Assembly: GCF_009914755.1 (NCBI RefSeq)
Contig: NC_060935.1
DNA: 64,000 bases
Strand: one strand, 5' to 3'
From: the human T2T-CHM13v2.0 reference genome, Homo sapiens
Of the stretch, positions 1-17,300 are shown in pieces; positions within the stretch are counted from its first letter, which is position 1; each line of letters begins with the position of its first letter. The position numbers and the translations under genes are program-made. The notes beneath the pieces were generated by a model that worked only from the letters and a program-made list of their open reading frames with translations, was not told where the DNA came from and did no database searches.

Positions 1-1515
<1,515 letters not shown>

Positions 1516-1521
1516 TTCAGT

Positions 1522-1858
1522 GTGCCATGGTCTGAATGTTTGTGCCCCACCCCCAAAATTTCTTTGTTGAAATCCTAATCCCCAAGATGATAATATTGGG
1601 GATTAGGAGGTGATTCGGTCTTGAAAGCAGGGCCCTCATGATTGGGGTTAGTGCCTTATATGAGAGACCCTCTTCCCCTCTGTGAGGACATAGCAAGAAG
1701 GTGTTATCCATGAACCAGAAACTGGGCCATCACCAAACACCAAATCTGTCAGCACCATGATCTTGAACTTAGCCTCCAGAACTGTGAGAAATACATTTCT
1801 ATTGTTTATAAGCCACCCTAAGATATTTTGTTGTAGTAGCCTAAACAAATTAAGATAA
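1522..1858 (+). mobile_element. MaLR LTR (MST/MLT1A-like)
   Basis: tggtctgaatgtttg...cctccagaactgtgagaaatacatttc...taagccaccc signature. Confidence 0.8.
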
Positions 1859-2753
1859 GGGGTTCAACAGTAGACTCGATCAAGCAGAAGAAAGAATATA
1901 GTTTAACCCAGCATCGAAACTTCACGTGACACCCAAGCATCGCTTCAACAACCTAGGCCATATTGTCCTCCGGTAAACATCACGTGCTAGATTAAAGGAA
2001 GACATAGCCATTTCCATTACCTCAGAAAATTCCTTTCGCCCTTTCGCATCAGTCCCTCTCTCCCACTCCCAGCCCCTGGAGACCATTGATGTGGACATTT
2101 GTACTTTCTAGAATGTCACATAAGTAAATTAGGCAGTATATAACATGTTATGTCTGAATTCTTACCAGTAATATGTTTTTAAGATTCTTTCCTATTGTTG
2201 CATGTACGTGGTTTGTTTCTTTTAATTGCTGAGTGGTATTCCAGTTTGTTTTGACTTTCTCAAGAATTCGATTGAAGTCCAATATGTAATGCTATACCAA
2301 ACATCTGTAATTCATGTTCCCCCAAAGCAAACACAATACCTAAGAAACAGAAGTGATATGGAAACACAGGAATTTCTGATGGAAGTAAATATCCGAAGTC
2401 AGGCTGCTTTGTTGTTGGATGATTCTGTTTTGTTGATTCTGTACACTTTTCTTTCAAGGGCTGTGGTGGATTGAGGAGGTTACTCTTGAAAACCAACTTT
2501 TCTCCTTCTAAGGCAGGGATAACACCAATGTGTGCTGTCTATTGTTTAGTGAAATAAAACTCTAGCTTACTAACGGAGGAGGGAAAAGAGCAAATTATAA
2601 ACCTCTCATCCAAGTTACTGGTTCTCGAACCTGCCTAAGTATCAATTTCCCATTAGAAACTTAAAATATAAACACATGCCAATCTCCACCCTTGACTTTG
2701 ACATTGGAATCCTCAGGTTGGCGCTAAAGTGTGAGTGTTCGAAACGTAGTTCT

Positions 2754-2945
2754 GGCCGAGCATGGTGACACTCACATGTAGTCCCAGCTACTCAGGAGCT
2801 GAGGCAGGAGGATCACTTGAGCCCGGGAGTTTGAGTCTGTAGTGTACCATAATCAGGCCTGTGAATATCCACTGCATTCCAGCCTAGGCAACACAGAAAG
2901 ACTCTGTCTCTAAAAATATATATAAATAAAAAGAAAAAAAGAAAA
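2754..2945 (+). mobile_element. FLAM/Alu monomer
   Basis: Single 7SL-derived arm plus A-tail. Confidence 0.8.
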
Positions 2946-3306
2946 CATAGACCTCTGGTGATTGGTTCCAATGAATAATCAAAGTTGAGAAATCCAATAT
3001 TTGAAGCTTTTCTTGATTCTGACAACTTGAATTCTCTAGTTAGAACAAATTCAAGCTTCAATTTTTCTCATCTCTTTTCTGCTCTTTTCCCAAGGTGGAA
3101 CAAAGACTGAGATAGGTCATTTTAGAGAAGCCTTTGATGCCACATCCACATTTTGTAGAACTAGGTTCAGGAAGGTGGGACCCATAACTCAAAAGAGTCC
3201 TGGGAAAGCCCATTATCCAATTCTGCTGCATCCTTTCAGAGGAAAGGTGAGTAAGGAGCCAAGAGTAGGCGTGAAAGAAAGATTGAGGTCAACCTACTGG
3301 TTCACT

Positions 3307-3615
3307 TTTTTTTTTTTTTTTTTTTTTTTTGAGACAGAGTCTCGCTCCATCATACAGGCTGGAGTGAAAAGGCAAAAATCTTGGCTCACTCTGCAACCTC
3401 CCCCTCCCAGGTTCAAGTGATTCTCGTGTCTCAGCCTCCTGAGTTGCTGGGATTACAGGTATGCACCACCGCATCTGGCTAATTTTTGTATTTTTAGTAG
3501 AGACAAGATTTTGCCATGTTGACCAGGTTGGTCTTGAACTCCTGACCTCAAGCGATCCAGCTGCCTCGGCCTCCCAAAGTGTTGGGGTTTCAGGCGTGAG
3601 CCACTGCGCCCAGTC
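3307..3615 (-). mobile_element. Alu
   Basis: Poly-T followed by reverse Alu dimer. Confidence 0.93.
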
Positions 3616-4499
3616 TGGTTTACTTTTGAGCATAGCACACCACTCAGAGTGGTAGGTACCACGTAACATTATGAAGTATAACTAAGGCTGTATGACCAAA
3701 CTGCTGGACTAAAAAATGACCAATTCAGTATTTAGGTCAGCTTAAGGACATGATGATAGAAGCTCTATAACTAACCTTCTTTATTTCTCTATAGATTATA
3801 CAAAGATAGTCACTAAACTTGTCTGAACTATTATGCAATGAAAAGGAGTTTATGTGTTGTCTACAAATAGACACAGCTTATTTTTCCACTGTCTTAATTT
3901 TATTACGACGAATTTCGATCATTGTAGAGGAAATGAAACCCAGACACATAATGTATTACTGTAACCATAGTAAATTCACAGTAAAAAAAGCTGACCGCAT
4001 CTTCCTAAATAATGTGAAAGGCTCTAAGTCATACACTGAAGTAGGAAGAGTTCTTATTTTTTTCTTCCTCTTTTGCAGAAGTCAGAATGGTTTAGATTAC
4101 ATTCTCACACATTTTCACAGCTGGCGTATTTTAGGTGGGAATGACAATAATTGCTCAAACGACTGTTTAAAAAAAATTGGTGCAAAAGTTGCATCCGGTG
4201 GCCAAGATAGGGGTATGGGATGGGGGAAAGAGCACGTACAGGGCATGGAGCTGAGCACCTCCTCTGCTTGCAGTCACTTCAGAGCTGCTGCTCAAAGTGG
4301 TTTCCCGAGCAAAAGTCACCATGCTGATATAGACGTGTGACCTGCCATTGCGACCACAGATGATTAGCTCAAAGAGTGATCCCTCACCCAAGGCACTCGT
4401 GGTGGGAAAATAGTCTCTGGAACATGATCACGAAAAGTCTGCCCAACAGAGAGGCTCCACACTGAATAGTGACTGGTCAACCAATTGGATTCTCTCTCA

Positions 4500-4884
<385 letters not shown>

Positions 4885-4889
4885 TCACT

Positions 4890-5900
4890 CCCACTAGGTA
4901 TATGCCCAAAGGAAATGAAATTTGGATTTTGAAGAAGTATCTCCACTCCCATGTTCTTTGCAGCATTATTCACAATTGCCAAGATATAGAAACAACTTAA
5001 ATGTCCAACAATGAATAAATGGATAAAGAAAATGTGCTAGGCAGGGCGTGGTGGCTCACTCCTGTAATCCCAGCACTTTGGGAGGCTGAGGCAGCCGGAT
5101 CATCTGAGGTCGGGAGTTCGAGACCAGCCTGACCAACATGGAGAAACGCTGTCTCTACTAAAAATACAAAATTAACCGGGCATGGCGGTGCATGCCTGTA
5201 ATCCCAGCTACTCAGGAGGCTGAGGCAGGAGAATCACTTGAACCCAGGAGGCAGAGGTTGTGGTGAGCCAAGATCAGGCCATTGAGCTCCAGCCTGGGCA
5301 ACGAGAGTGAAACTCTGTCTCAAAAATTAAAAATGTGAGATATATATATATATATGTACATATATATACACACAGAAAGAGACACAACAGAATAGTACTC
5401 ATGCATAAAAAAGCTTGCAACGACATGAATAAACCTGGAAGACATTGTGCTAAGTGAAATAAGTCAGACACAGAAAGACAAATACTGCATTATCTCACTT
5501 CTATGTGGAATCTAAAAAGTCAAGTTCAGGGAAGCAGAGAGTAGAATGGAGGCTGCCAGGAACTGGGGGATGGGGAATTGGGGAGATGTGGGGCAAAGGG
5601 TACAAACCTTTGGTTATGCAAGATGAATGAGTTTTTGAAATCTAATGTATAGCATCGTGACTACAGTTAATGATGCTGAATTGTCTACTTGAAATTTGCT
5701 AGGAGGGTAGGTCTAAAGTGTTCTCACCACAGAAGAAAAGGAAGGAAGGAAGGAGGGAAATAGTAACTACAGGATGTGATAAATCAAGCTAATTAGCTTG
5801 AATGTGGTGATCATTTTTCAATATACACTCGTAGGAAACATCAAGTTGTGCACCTTAAATATATACAATTCCTACTTTTAATTATACCTTTTATGGAAAA
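4890..5900 (+). mobile_element. L1M 3' fragment with inserted Alu (5040-5330)
   Basis: L1MA/MB-like 3' UTR; Alu dimer inside. Confidence 0.83.
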
Positions 5901-7306
5901 AAAGTTAAATCACTCCTTGAATAGAAAGTTAAAGTAGAAAGTAATGAGGCCCACTTATAGGAAGTCAATTAGCACAGGAAAATTTTGATTATGAAGCAAG
6001 GCTGGGTGGAGGGCGACTGCAAATATTGGAGGGGAGTAAAGGGTAAGAATGCGAGTGGAAACCTACTGACTATATGTCTAAATATTTAGAAGTTACGCAT
6101 CAACTCATGCCCATGGCTCAGCTCTTATTCCCAACTGACAACCTGCAGCTTATTCCTCAGATGTGGCCCTCACAGACTAGAGGCCAAAGTTGTGTGAACT
6201 CCTCTGTCCCCGCTTCCACTTTATCCCATCCCTTCACTACCTCTCACCTCCAGCCCCCAACCTCCAGGCCAGCAGCCTGTCAGTCCGAGTGTTAGTGTGG
6301 CTCTCTGAGGGCAAGACAGGCTGGAAGCTGTGCTCTGACACCACGGCATAACTAGACCTGCCCAAGCCTAGAATGGGAACTGACTAATTCAGGTGCCCTA
6401 TAGTGCATAGATGACCTTCCCCAATGCCTCGCTTTTCTGACATAAGATTTTCAGGTGGTTCTAAGCACCTGCCCAAACTACATGACTCCAGCAGGGAGGA
6501 GCAAGGGAGCAAAGATATCTGGGTGACCTCATCTGCATAGATGCCCACTTCATGTGATCTGAGGCAGACAATTTTAAACTTGATCCCCCCCCAACCCCAC
6601 CATCCATGTACACATATTGCCGCACTCTCAGCCTTGTCTGTACTGATTCTGTGGGCCAATGCAGCTTGTGCCTCCTTCTCCCATAATGCCATTCACTCAA
6701 AGGGGGAGCAAAATTTCAAAAACCTTCTTATGATACCAAATTTAAAAAGTGTTTTTTTTTAATGTGTAAGACACTCTATAAAGTATGGGGCCCAGTCTGG
6801 GGGTCCTTGCCTTGCTCCAAGGATGGCATGGCTGTGAGCCTGCAGAGCTTCCACCGATCTTCCTCATATTTACAAGCATCCTCACCATGAACTTCCACTT
6901 TCCAGGTAACCCGGGGTTTCCCTGTGCCCAGCACTCAAAAATACCTAACTCCAGGACACTAGATCATGAGAAGAGAGACAAATCTCTCTACCTCTCTCCT
7001 ACTCATTTTATTATATATACATGTATGTATACATTAAGCTTACACAGATATGTACAAATACACATATATGAATATACTTTTCATGATCCCCACCATACAC
7101 TGAGTTTCCAGTGAGAATACAGAAAAGATAATAGGCAATTTTAAGGCCAAAAAAAAAAAAGGGTTGGGGGAGGCCATGCCCCTAACTCAAACCTGGAGCC
7201 AGGGAATACTTCTGAGATGAAGTGACATTTAAAATGAGACTTAAAGGTTGAAGAGGGAGTTAGCTGGGATGGGAAGAATGTCCTATACTAAGGCCAGAAA
7301 GGATAG

Positions 7307-7816
<510 letters not shown>

Positions 7817-9239
7817 CATTGATGGGTTTTAAACAAGGGAGTGACATGTTGTTCAATAAGGAGGAAGTTACTAGATCCTTTTTTCTCTTTCCTGAAAAAA
7901 TGATTAAGACTACTAGGTGACTTTGGCCTCTGGTGTATGTTTGCACTTTTGTCTAATGGGGAACTAATTTGGAATTATTTTTGATTAGTAATAAAGGAAA
8001 ACAATAGATCTGTCCTAAGTATAGAGTAAGAGAAAATGATATTTTGACCCCATGTAGATAATGTTCTAAATAAAATGAACTGATGAAAAACAACTTCTTG
8101 AAAACAACAATATTTTAACATTCCATATTTCCTTTTTTTCATGTGTTTTGAGTCATCTATATAAATTTGTACTGAAAAACTTTATGCATTTCTTATCTGA
8201 TTGATTGGTTCTTTCTACCTAGAAGGCGATTCTTTCTTGTTCAAACCCAGCCCAGATACTCGCACACTGCATAGGGATGGAGGAACAGTTTCTGTTTGCT
8301 TTTGGTCAATCATGAACTCCTACGTATCTTGTAAACATGTGAGATGTAACTTCAGGTATACTGGAGAATGAAAAGATCCATCCAGGTCTCAAAGACTTAT
8401 GATCTAATTAGATCACAGGCAGAGGAGATAAAAAGACAGAGATGCTCGAGAGGTTAACAAAGCAGCTTTGAAGCAGATGTGAAATAACATCTCGAGCAAA
8501 CTGGGAGTTAGAATTAGCATGTCTCAGTGTGTGTTTATCAGCAAAAGCTGCTAAAAAGTGCTGCAGAAAATGAAAAGGAAGGAATGAAGATTTTATTTCC
8601 CTATTATCCAAAGAGCCTGAAGGCAGATGGAAGTTATGGTCAGAACGTGGGTTAAATGAGTCACAGTGTGGAGGAAGCCACAAATTTCCATGTAACCCAC
8701 TCCCATCCCTCAAGTGTCGTCTTTTCCAAATGTGGGTAACCCTGCCATGGGATACGCCCTCAGCTGAGATCCCCTGGATGGGACCCAGAAAGGGGAACAA
8801 CCATCATTCTTTGTTGTAAAGTCAGTGCACAGAGCATTGCCACCTGAGCCACAAAAGCCTTCAGATGCCATTCATTTCAGCTCAGTTTTGCCCATGCTGT
8901 CTTTTGTCCCTCCTGAGGCCTGCATTCTAGGAACACAAGTGACTCACATGAGATCTCCTTGAAGCAAATTTGTCCTTGCAGTGCTCACGTCCAGCAGTAG
9001 CCTAAAAATCCTGACAGTTTTACTTCTCTGGCGGCTAGAGGCGGAAAGTCACATTCTAAGAATATGAAGATTGAGGAAGTGAAGCAAGCTCAAATTGCCT
9101 CCAGGCCCCTCAGCAGGATCAAGGTGGTGGAGAGCTCCATTAACTTCAACCGGCAAAAGTAGTGGCGGCCTGAGAGAGCCTTAACCTTCATGTGAGCTAT
9201 AACTTTATTTAAAACTTGTTAGTTTTACTTACATTTTGA

Positions 9240-9794
<555 letters not shown>

Positions 9795-12700
9795 TGAGTC
9801 TTCGCTAAATCTGTTAAGTTGTAGATATGTGCAGGACTACAAGAAGTATTAAAAGAGTTTTTGAACAAGCAAGGAAAACACTCTTATTAGAAATATATAT
9901 CAGTCATCTCATATACTGTGGAGTCAGTACATCAGAGTGGTTAAGAACATGAACTTTGGGATCACACAAAAGTCCACACCCTGATTCTATTTCTTACTGG
10001 CTGTGTTTCAAAGAAAACTCTTAACCTCTTCAAGCCATGGTTTTTTCTCCTATAAAGTGAGCTTAATAATAGAATTACTATATCTGTCTGTTGAGAAGAT
10101 CAGATGATACAGACATAACACACTCAGCATAGTGCATGGCGCGTTGTGTGTGTTCCACAAATGTTAGCCATTAGTAATAAGACTGTAATTATTGAGGAAT
10201 CAAAGAAAAGTAAAGAATGGATCCTTCTCTCAAGGGGAAAATGTTTTACTTGCCTCCACTAAGGTGGAGAAAAAGACAATTCTGCAAATAATCATAAAAT
10301 ATGAAGGGTATGTACTGCAAATCTGTTTTGCTTTGTTTGCCAGCAGAATATTCTCTGTCTTTTAGTAAAAGCACCCAACTTCTGTTCTGAGGACCTTTCC
10401 CTTCCTTGTCCCCCAGGGTCATTGTGCTATGGGCTGTAAGTCTAGTCAGCCCTATACTGCCCCACCAAGAGTGGCTGATGGCCTTCAGCCAAGAGAACAC
10501 AGCTCTCTCTTCCTGGAGTTTCCCTCTTGGGTAGACTAGTATAAGATGGAAGCAGGAGAGCAGAATCATCTCAGTGGAGTGCCAGAGGAAGTCTGGGTTC
10601 CTGCTCCAATATATCAGGACTCTGTTGGATCCTGTCCTTCCTGATATATAGGAGTTGAGCTTTACTTTCAATTCTGTGAACTCCCCAGCATCCTTAGCTA
10701 GAATTCAGTTCTACTACTTGCATTCAAAGAGCCCCAAAAGATACAAAATGGAATTAAAACCAAAATAGAAGAGTTAAGTGCTGTGTTTAGAAGGCAGATG
10801 ACATTGGTCTAGTGTGACAAAGGGTGACTTTGTGGAGAAAGTAGCGTATACAACATGTGTCCATCCATACGGGTCAGCTACTCTCTATCTCCATTTCCGC
10901 TTCTGTTCTTGCTGGCAAAGAACTCCCTCTGCTCCCGTCTCTGCGTGATGGTTTCTCACCCACTCATGACTTCTCCTGACTCATAGCTTCTTCTCGACTC
11001 ATCTTCTTTCTGTATCTTTTTACTCTATTGTACCCTAATGTCTGTGGATTCCCTCAAATCTTGCATTTAAATTTTCTGTGAGAGAGCAGCTGATTAGTCA
11101 ATTGACTGCCATCCAATATAGAACATCTGTTAGGCAAAGTTCTTTTGCCAGGTTGCCTTAGAGGTCATTGTCCAGACTGTATATGTCTAGCCAGATGCTT
11201 TGGCCAGGACAGTGGGATCCTGTGGGAGAGAACATGGTGGCCCCTGTGTATGGGACTGTGAGGAGAGGGCTGTGGATATGGTAGGCACAGACTGTGCTTT
11301 GTCTAGGACAGGATCCTGGATAAGTCATCTAGATTCACTGTATAGGCAATAAAAAGCCACTGAAGGTTTTAAACAAAAACTACTAGAATATTGTTTAGAA
11401 AGATGAATTAGTAACTGTGTGGGAAAGGATGACCAGCACAGGAGGCAGGGAGGACAGTATGCAGGCTATTGCAATGGTCTGGGTAAGAAGTTATCAGATC
11501 CTGACCCAGGGCTTAGGCAGTGGGAATAAAAATAAGAAACTGATGAGGAAGGCATTTAGGAGAATTGGGCAACCAGCTGGGTGGAGGAGGGGAGGAACAG
11601 GAATCTGTCAAAAACAACTGTGAAGTTTTGGATTTGTGTGACAAAACCAAAAATAGTACTAGGAAATTCAAATTGGCTTGTGGGAAGACAGGAAAAGTGC
11701 TTTGGATAGAGTCATAATTCAAGATGAAAAAGGCCTAATAATGATCAGAATCAGTGATTTTAAAATTTGTATGTTTAATTTTAATGTAGGCATCTTTCTG
11801 CACATGAAATTTTAAATGGGAGTCCAATACGTGTAGCAAAATAAAAGGAAAATGATTCTTGTTGGGGTAAGATTGGGTGGGAGGGTCCCACATACTTCCT
11901 ACTCAGGCCTCCTCTCATTACTTCCCCAACCCCAACACACACCTAAGGGGGGCTCTTAGACGGTGCATGGAAAGTGGTTTAAAAATCAGAGCTCCATCTT
12001 TTTACAGAAGAGAAAACGGTTGTCTGAGGAGGCAAAGTGAATTGCCCAAGCATACACAGCTGGTCAGTAACAGATCTAGGACTAAAACCCAGGTTTTCTT
12101 AATGCAGAATTCAGTAATGGCATGTCTAATGGGTGCTAGGTGCTAAGGCTACAATGTGACCGAGACTCAGTCTCATAAAACTTGCATTTAAACAAACAGG
12201 TAACAGATCCACACTGAGAGAGTGATAAACCCTATGGAGGAAGTAGAACAGAGTTCCATGAAAGACAGCAGCTGCCCCCAGGCTGCCTAAGAGTAAGGAG
12301 CCAGCGGTGTGGAGAACCAGGGGAGGTGGGTCCCAAAGGGGAAGAGCAATTGCAAAGATCCTGGGGCAGGAATGAGCTTGATAGGTGGGAAGAACAGAAA
12401 GGCACCAACGTGGTCAAAGAACAGGGAAAAAATTAGGAGATAAGTGACAAGAGGTGAGTGACATCGGTGACGCAAATTGGGACCAATCAGGCACTGTCTT
12501 GCTTTGTGAAGTTCAGTGTCACCACCAAGAACTTCAAATGGAGAGTTGCAACCACCACTCAAAATTCAGATCAAGATTGGGCTAGAGATACAGCCTTAAG
12601 AGGCAGTGTCTTCTCAGGAAAGAGCCATTGGAAATGCCAGAAGTGCATTAAGCAGGAAAAGGCAGGATGACAAGGAGAAAGAAAAGGCCTGAAGAGAGAA

Positions 12701-14477
12701 ACTTAGAGAACATTTATGGGAAAGCAGAAGAAAAAAATCTCAGAACTAAGAGAACTAAGCAAAACACCAATTAAGTGTGACCTTACAGAAGCCATGGATG
12801 CCAGGACCTTTGAAAAGTGGGCAGATGTCAGCAGCGTCAAAAGCTTCCACCCCTAACCATTCCCTGATGTCCAAAAATAGTCAAAGACATGAGGAATAAA
12901 GACTCTTATGCTTGACAATTAAAGAAACACAGCTATTCAGAAAACCTTGGAAAGCACAGTCTCAGTAGGATAGTAGGGCTTTGGGTTGAAGCCACGTAAC
13001 AAGGATTGGATGAATTAATTACATGTCAGAAGTAGACTCAGTGCAGTTCATGAACTATGCCTCGAGCACTGACATGTGCTATAACAGCATTTGACATTGG
13101 GGTAGAGAGATAGGAAAAGAATCATCAACAATAGGAGACAACTAGTGCCTCCACCCTCAAGTAACATATTATCTAGAAGAGAGAGGGAGAGGAAAGCTGA
13201 GGACAGTGTGAGAGTCTGTCAGAATCAAATGCATTCACTACTCATGCCCCCAGAAGTTTACTGTTTAATGTGGCAATGATGAACCTGTTCAGGTTACCAT
13301 TTCTGTGGCGGCTTTGAGTCCTTTAGAAACATTGGCACCATCATTGTGTTGTAAAATTTGTGTGTTATGTGGAGCCTCATAGTTCCATATCAGGGTCAAG
13401 CTTCAATCCAATTTGGTTCAGAACGTTCTATGTAAAAGGCAGAGCTGTAGGCACAAGATGTGATCCCACAATGCTTCTGCAAGCTAATGGGAGACACAAA
13501 TGCTGGAAGAAAAGTAAAAGCAATGTGCTTTGTAGAAGAGGAAAAGAGAATTCTATCTGAACGTGTAAGGTCGGCTAGGCCTTTAGTAAGCACTCTTCTC
13601 CAGTCAGTAAAATTGATAGAGCGCAATTTTATCATTGGTAACAGAATAGAGGGGTCCCCGCCTATCTTGCTCATTCAACTAGGCTTAAGGACAACCTAGG
13701 GGATACTCAAATGTTTGCCCACTGAAATAGCAGTGTCTTAGAGTCACACTAGACTAGGGGTCTATACGCTTCATCACCCTCTCCTTCTCAATCCTCTGGA
13801 TTGTATTACATTTACTGGAACTGGAGCTTCATGGCAAAACAGATTTTCCAAAATGGTTAATAAATTACATATATTACCACATGAAAGGCAAGGAAGGCTG
13901 TGAGTGAGTAATAATGTCTAGGTTACTAATTAAACATGTGCTTGCTTTAAAGCTTTTCTCTGTAATAAGGTTTATTACAGTATAATTGATTTTCCTTTCC
14001 CACAAGTTAATCATTTTAAAACCACAAATGAACTACAAGATTCAGCTTGTTCCAGGGCTGTATTTTCCCTGTCTAGTTTGTACTGGCTTAGACATCATGT
14101 AATGACAGAAGTCTTTTTCTAAATTTATTGGTACAACACCTTAAAGATCCTAATTCCAAAGTCAAAAGGTTTTGAAGAAACAGATTTTAAAGAACTACCA
14201 AAAACTGAAGAAAGGGACAAAATATTTATTAGTCTAGAAAATCTGAAAGATGCTTTTCTATATAATAAATGAGTTCTAAATATGCCATATGAACTTGCTG
14301 TGCCTCTATTCCTTCCTGTTAGTGTTTGTTACTTTATGATTCCTTCAGTTTAAATGTGAGGAGGTATAAGTGAATTCATTCAGAGATGATTTGAACAATA
14401 ACTTCCAGTGATGCAAGCCAAACTCCCCATTGCTTAGCACTTAGCCTTTGGAGATCTTAGAAGATAGTAGGAATGTA

Positions 14478-14600
14478 AGAAGGAAGGAAGGATGGAAGGA
14501 AGGAAGGAAGGGAGGGAGGAAGGAAGGAAGGAAGGAAGGAAGGAAGGAAGGAAAGGGAGGGAGGGGAGGAAAGAAGGAAAAAAGGGAAGGAGGGAGAGGG
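14478..14600 (+). repeat. (GGAA)n purine microsatellite
   Basis: Direct reading. Confidence 0.95.
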
Positions 14601-16299
14601 AGCTGGGATCTAGGAATAACCAATAATACTTCATGTTAATACATACTTTATCATTTACATGTTTCAAGGATGCTATTTTATATAATCTTTAGAGCAACCT
14701 GTGAGGTAGGCAAGGCAAGTATTTCTATCTTCATTTTAATGCACAAGAATGTGAAATACAGAGGTGCTTGAAAGTGCTAGAGCTCAAATTCAAACTTTGA
14801 TATTTTATTTTTTTGGCATTACTGTGCTGCATTATCACATTTGACAGCTGTGCTGCTGTGGCCAAAACACCAAAAGAAATTCTGGGTATCTCCAGAGAGG
14901 GAATTTAAATGTGTATCTTTGGGTCTGCAGAGGCTGTGGGACCACCTCTAGTCTTGGGCTGTCGATCTTCCAGTCGCTGTGCTCTAGGGCTCATGTGCTC
15001 TTATTGTGGTCCATGCTGCAGGAAAATAGGACTAGGTGGATGTAATAGCTCCCCTGATGAGCACACACATACACACACGCTCCAGACAGCATATTCCACT
15101 TCTGCACTGTTTAATGTGTACTCATTTGGGGTGGGAGGCACATCTCCCAAGTGCCCTTTGGGCACAGCAGTTTGTAGCAGGGTGAATAGCTGCAGAATAT
15201 GCAGTCTTTTCTTTCTCTTATTCCATTCCAAGGCCCCTTATTTCCTCCCATTTCTCTTCCCTTTCTCCTTGCACACTGTAATCAGCTTCTGTTGTCTAAA
15301 CCCTCCTCTAAGCCAGTGACCAGCATTTCATACACAGGGGTGTTTCTGAGTCAGAATAAGACCATGAACCTGGGAAGCTTTGTAGCCAACATGACTCTCA
15401 CCAAAGCAGAAAACCTGCTAGATTCATTCAAGGTCCTACAGCCAGCCCTGGCCTGCGGGTGATCATCACAGTCACCTCGTCACCATAGCTCAGGTACAGG
15501 AACCATCACAACGGGGACTGCCAGCCTGGGAGGGCATGCCAAAGTCGCTATCCTTTGTCACAGGTAAAAGATGAAACTACTCAGTGCCACACAGATAAAA
15601 TGAGTCTCTGTCTTAACAGAGCGGTTGTCTAGGGATTGTAGTAGAACTATACTACCTCGGAGAGAAGCTACACGGGGAGTCACTGGAATACTGGAAGTTT
15701 TTGCACTTTCATTGAGGGTAAGAAGGGAGACCCAATTAATTTCAGGGGCCTGTTATTTCCCAGACTACTCTGCCCTTGGTCACCAAGTATGTTGCCAGTG
15801 GTCAGCAACCATGAGAATGTACCTACTTTGCCATGGGAATGATGTGTAACCCTAGGTGGTAAAATTATATAGATCAAATAATCTGATATCTTGCAACTCT
15901 AACCTGCCAGTCAATTTATATGATGAACTAAATATGTCCTGCTACTTTTAATTTTTTTTTCTTTTGAAGTGTCTTTTGTATGTTATTCTGGCACTTTTTA
16001 CTTAAACTTCTCACATGAGTGGCTTGGCTCAGTTTTAAACCTAAACCTAATTTTAGTTCCTCCCTGAGAAATATACCAACAACCTCAGTAATCAGAATTG
16101 ACTTGCTATATACACAGTATTGCTATCCCTAGTGAATTAGGAAGGAATGAACAAAAACTCAGAGTTAAATTTTATTTTAAGAAATTTGGACGACAGTTTT
16201 ATTAATGGTAGCTTGCCCACCTCCTGAGAGCTCCAGCTATGGGAATTAGCCTAGAGGGGATATACAGAGAGCCTTCTCAAACTTGACTCAATTCTGATG

Positions 16300-17300
16300 A
16301 TTGTGATTTCATGTTCAGTAACATACATTCAGCTGGTATAAAACTATGCTTCTACAGGGTGTGTTTTTACCCCCAGGTCCAAAGTCTTAATCCTTCTTCA
16401 CTAAGTAAAGAATCATCAATGACTATACCACTGAAGGGAACACCTTAAAGTATCTTCTTCCTTTTCTCGAGGAGGAATTGGGAGTTGATAGCATCAACTG
16501 TCAGTTACTACTGGAGCTGGCAGAGAGATATGAACATATCCTCCGGATAGCGTGAGACACGTTTCAGTGATCTAAGGGTATGGCCATGTCGATGTGCTGT
16601 CTGTGGAATGACTACATACACTCCACGTGGTTTTAAAAGAATGGGTTAAGGCTCAAGAGGATTTGGTGTTTTCAGCAACTCTATGAATCCTCAGAGTTGA
16701 TTCAATTACTGATGTAGAAATAAAGGCAGGCATATGTTTGGAAAAAATGACTACCTTGTACTTCAGCTGACTGGGTCATATGGCATGGCCAAGTTGTGTA
16801 AGTATGGGAGTAAATAGGTTCAGGGAAGCATTGGATGTCGACACTTTTTGTCTGTGCCCACTTGAGGATCCAGCAAGATTTTAGTCTCAGATGTTTTATG
16901 TCCCAAGTACAGTGCTTCCATCATCCCATCTGGTCTTCACCTTTCCCTGAGAGAAATTCCTGATGACTGGCTAATATTCTTTGTATTTTAGAAACCACTG
17001 GGTCGTTCCCCCTTGGCTTTGTATATGCTCAGGAAATACAGATGAATTTTAAAACTAGCCTAACTAAGATATCTAGTAAAAGAAAAACTGTTTCCTCAAA
17101 CAAAGCTTAAACTTTATTCTGTGGACCAATAATAATGCATCTTTTCTTGGGCATTTGTTCCTGTTTCCTAAGCCACCATATTCCCATGCCAATAATCACC
17201 ATTAGTGTGGATAGTTCAGTAGTTGGCTAAAAGGTCGAATGGTCTTCACAAAGGGCAGAAGGATCTTCTGATTCCACCACCCATCGAGGAAGGACCCTCT
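16300..17300 (-). mobile_element. Probable ancient Ty3/Gypsy-type pol remnant
   Basis: Minus-strand EALYLGHKTSETKILLDPQ (16862-16918), then DIQCF and YLLPYLHNLAMPYDPVS, in Gypsy RT-connection motif order; boundaries uncertain. Confidence 0.45.

Noticed and set aside
3819-4340. 173-aa ORF in non-repetitive sequence
   Set aside because: TTG start, no recognisable domain and no splice structure.
14478-14600. GGAA microsatellite as an EWSR1-FLI1 neo-enhancer
   Set aside because: Possible in principle, but the tract is interrupted and there is no evidence beyond composition.
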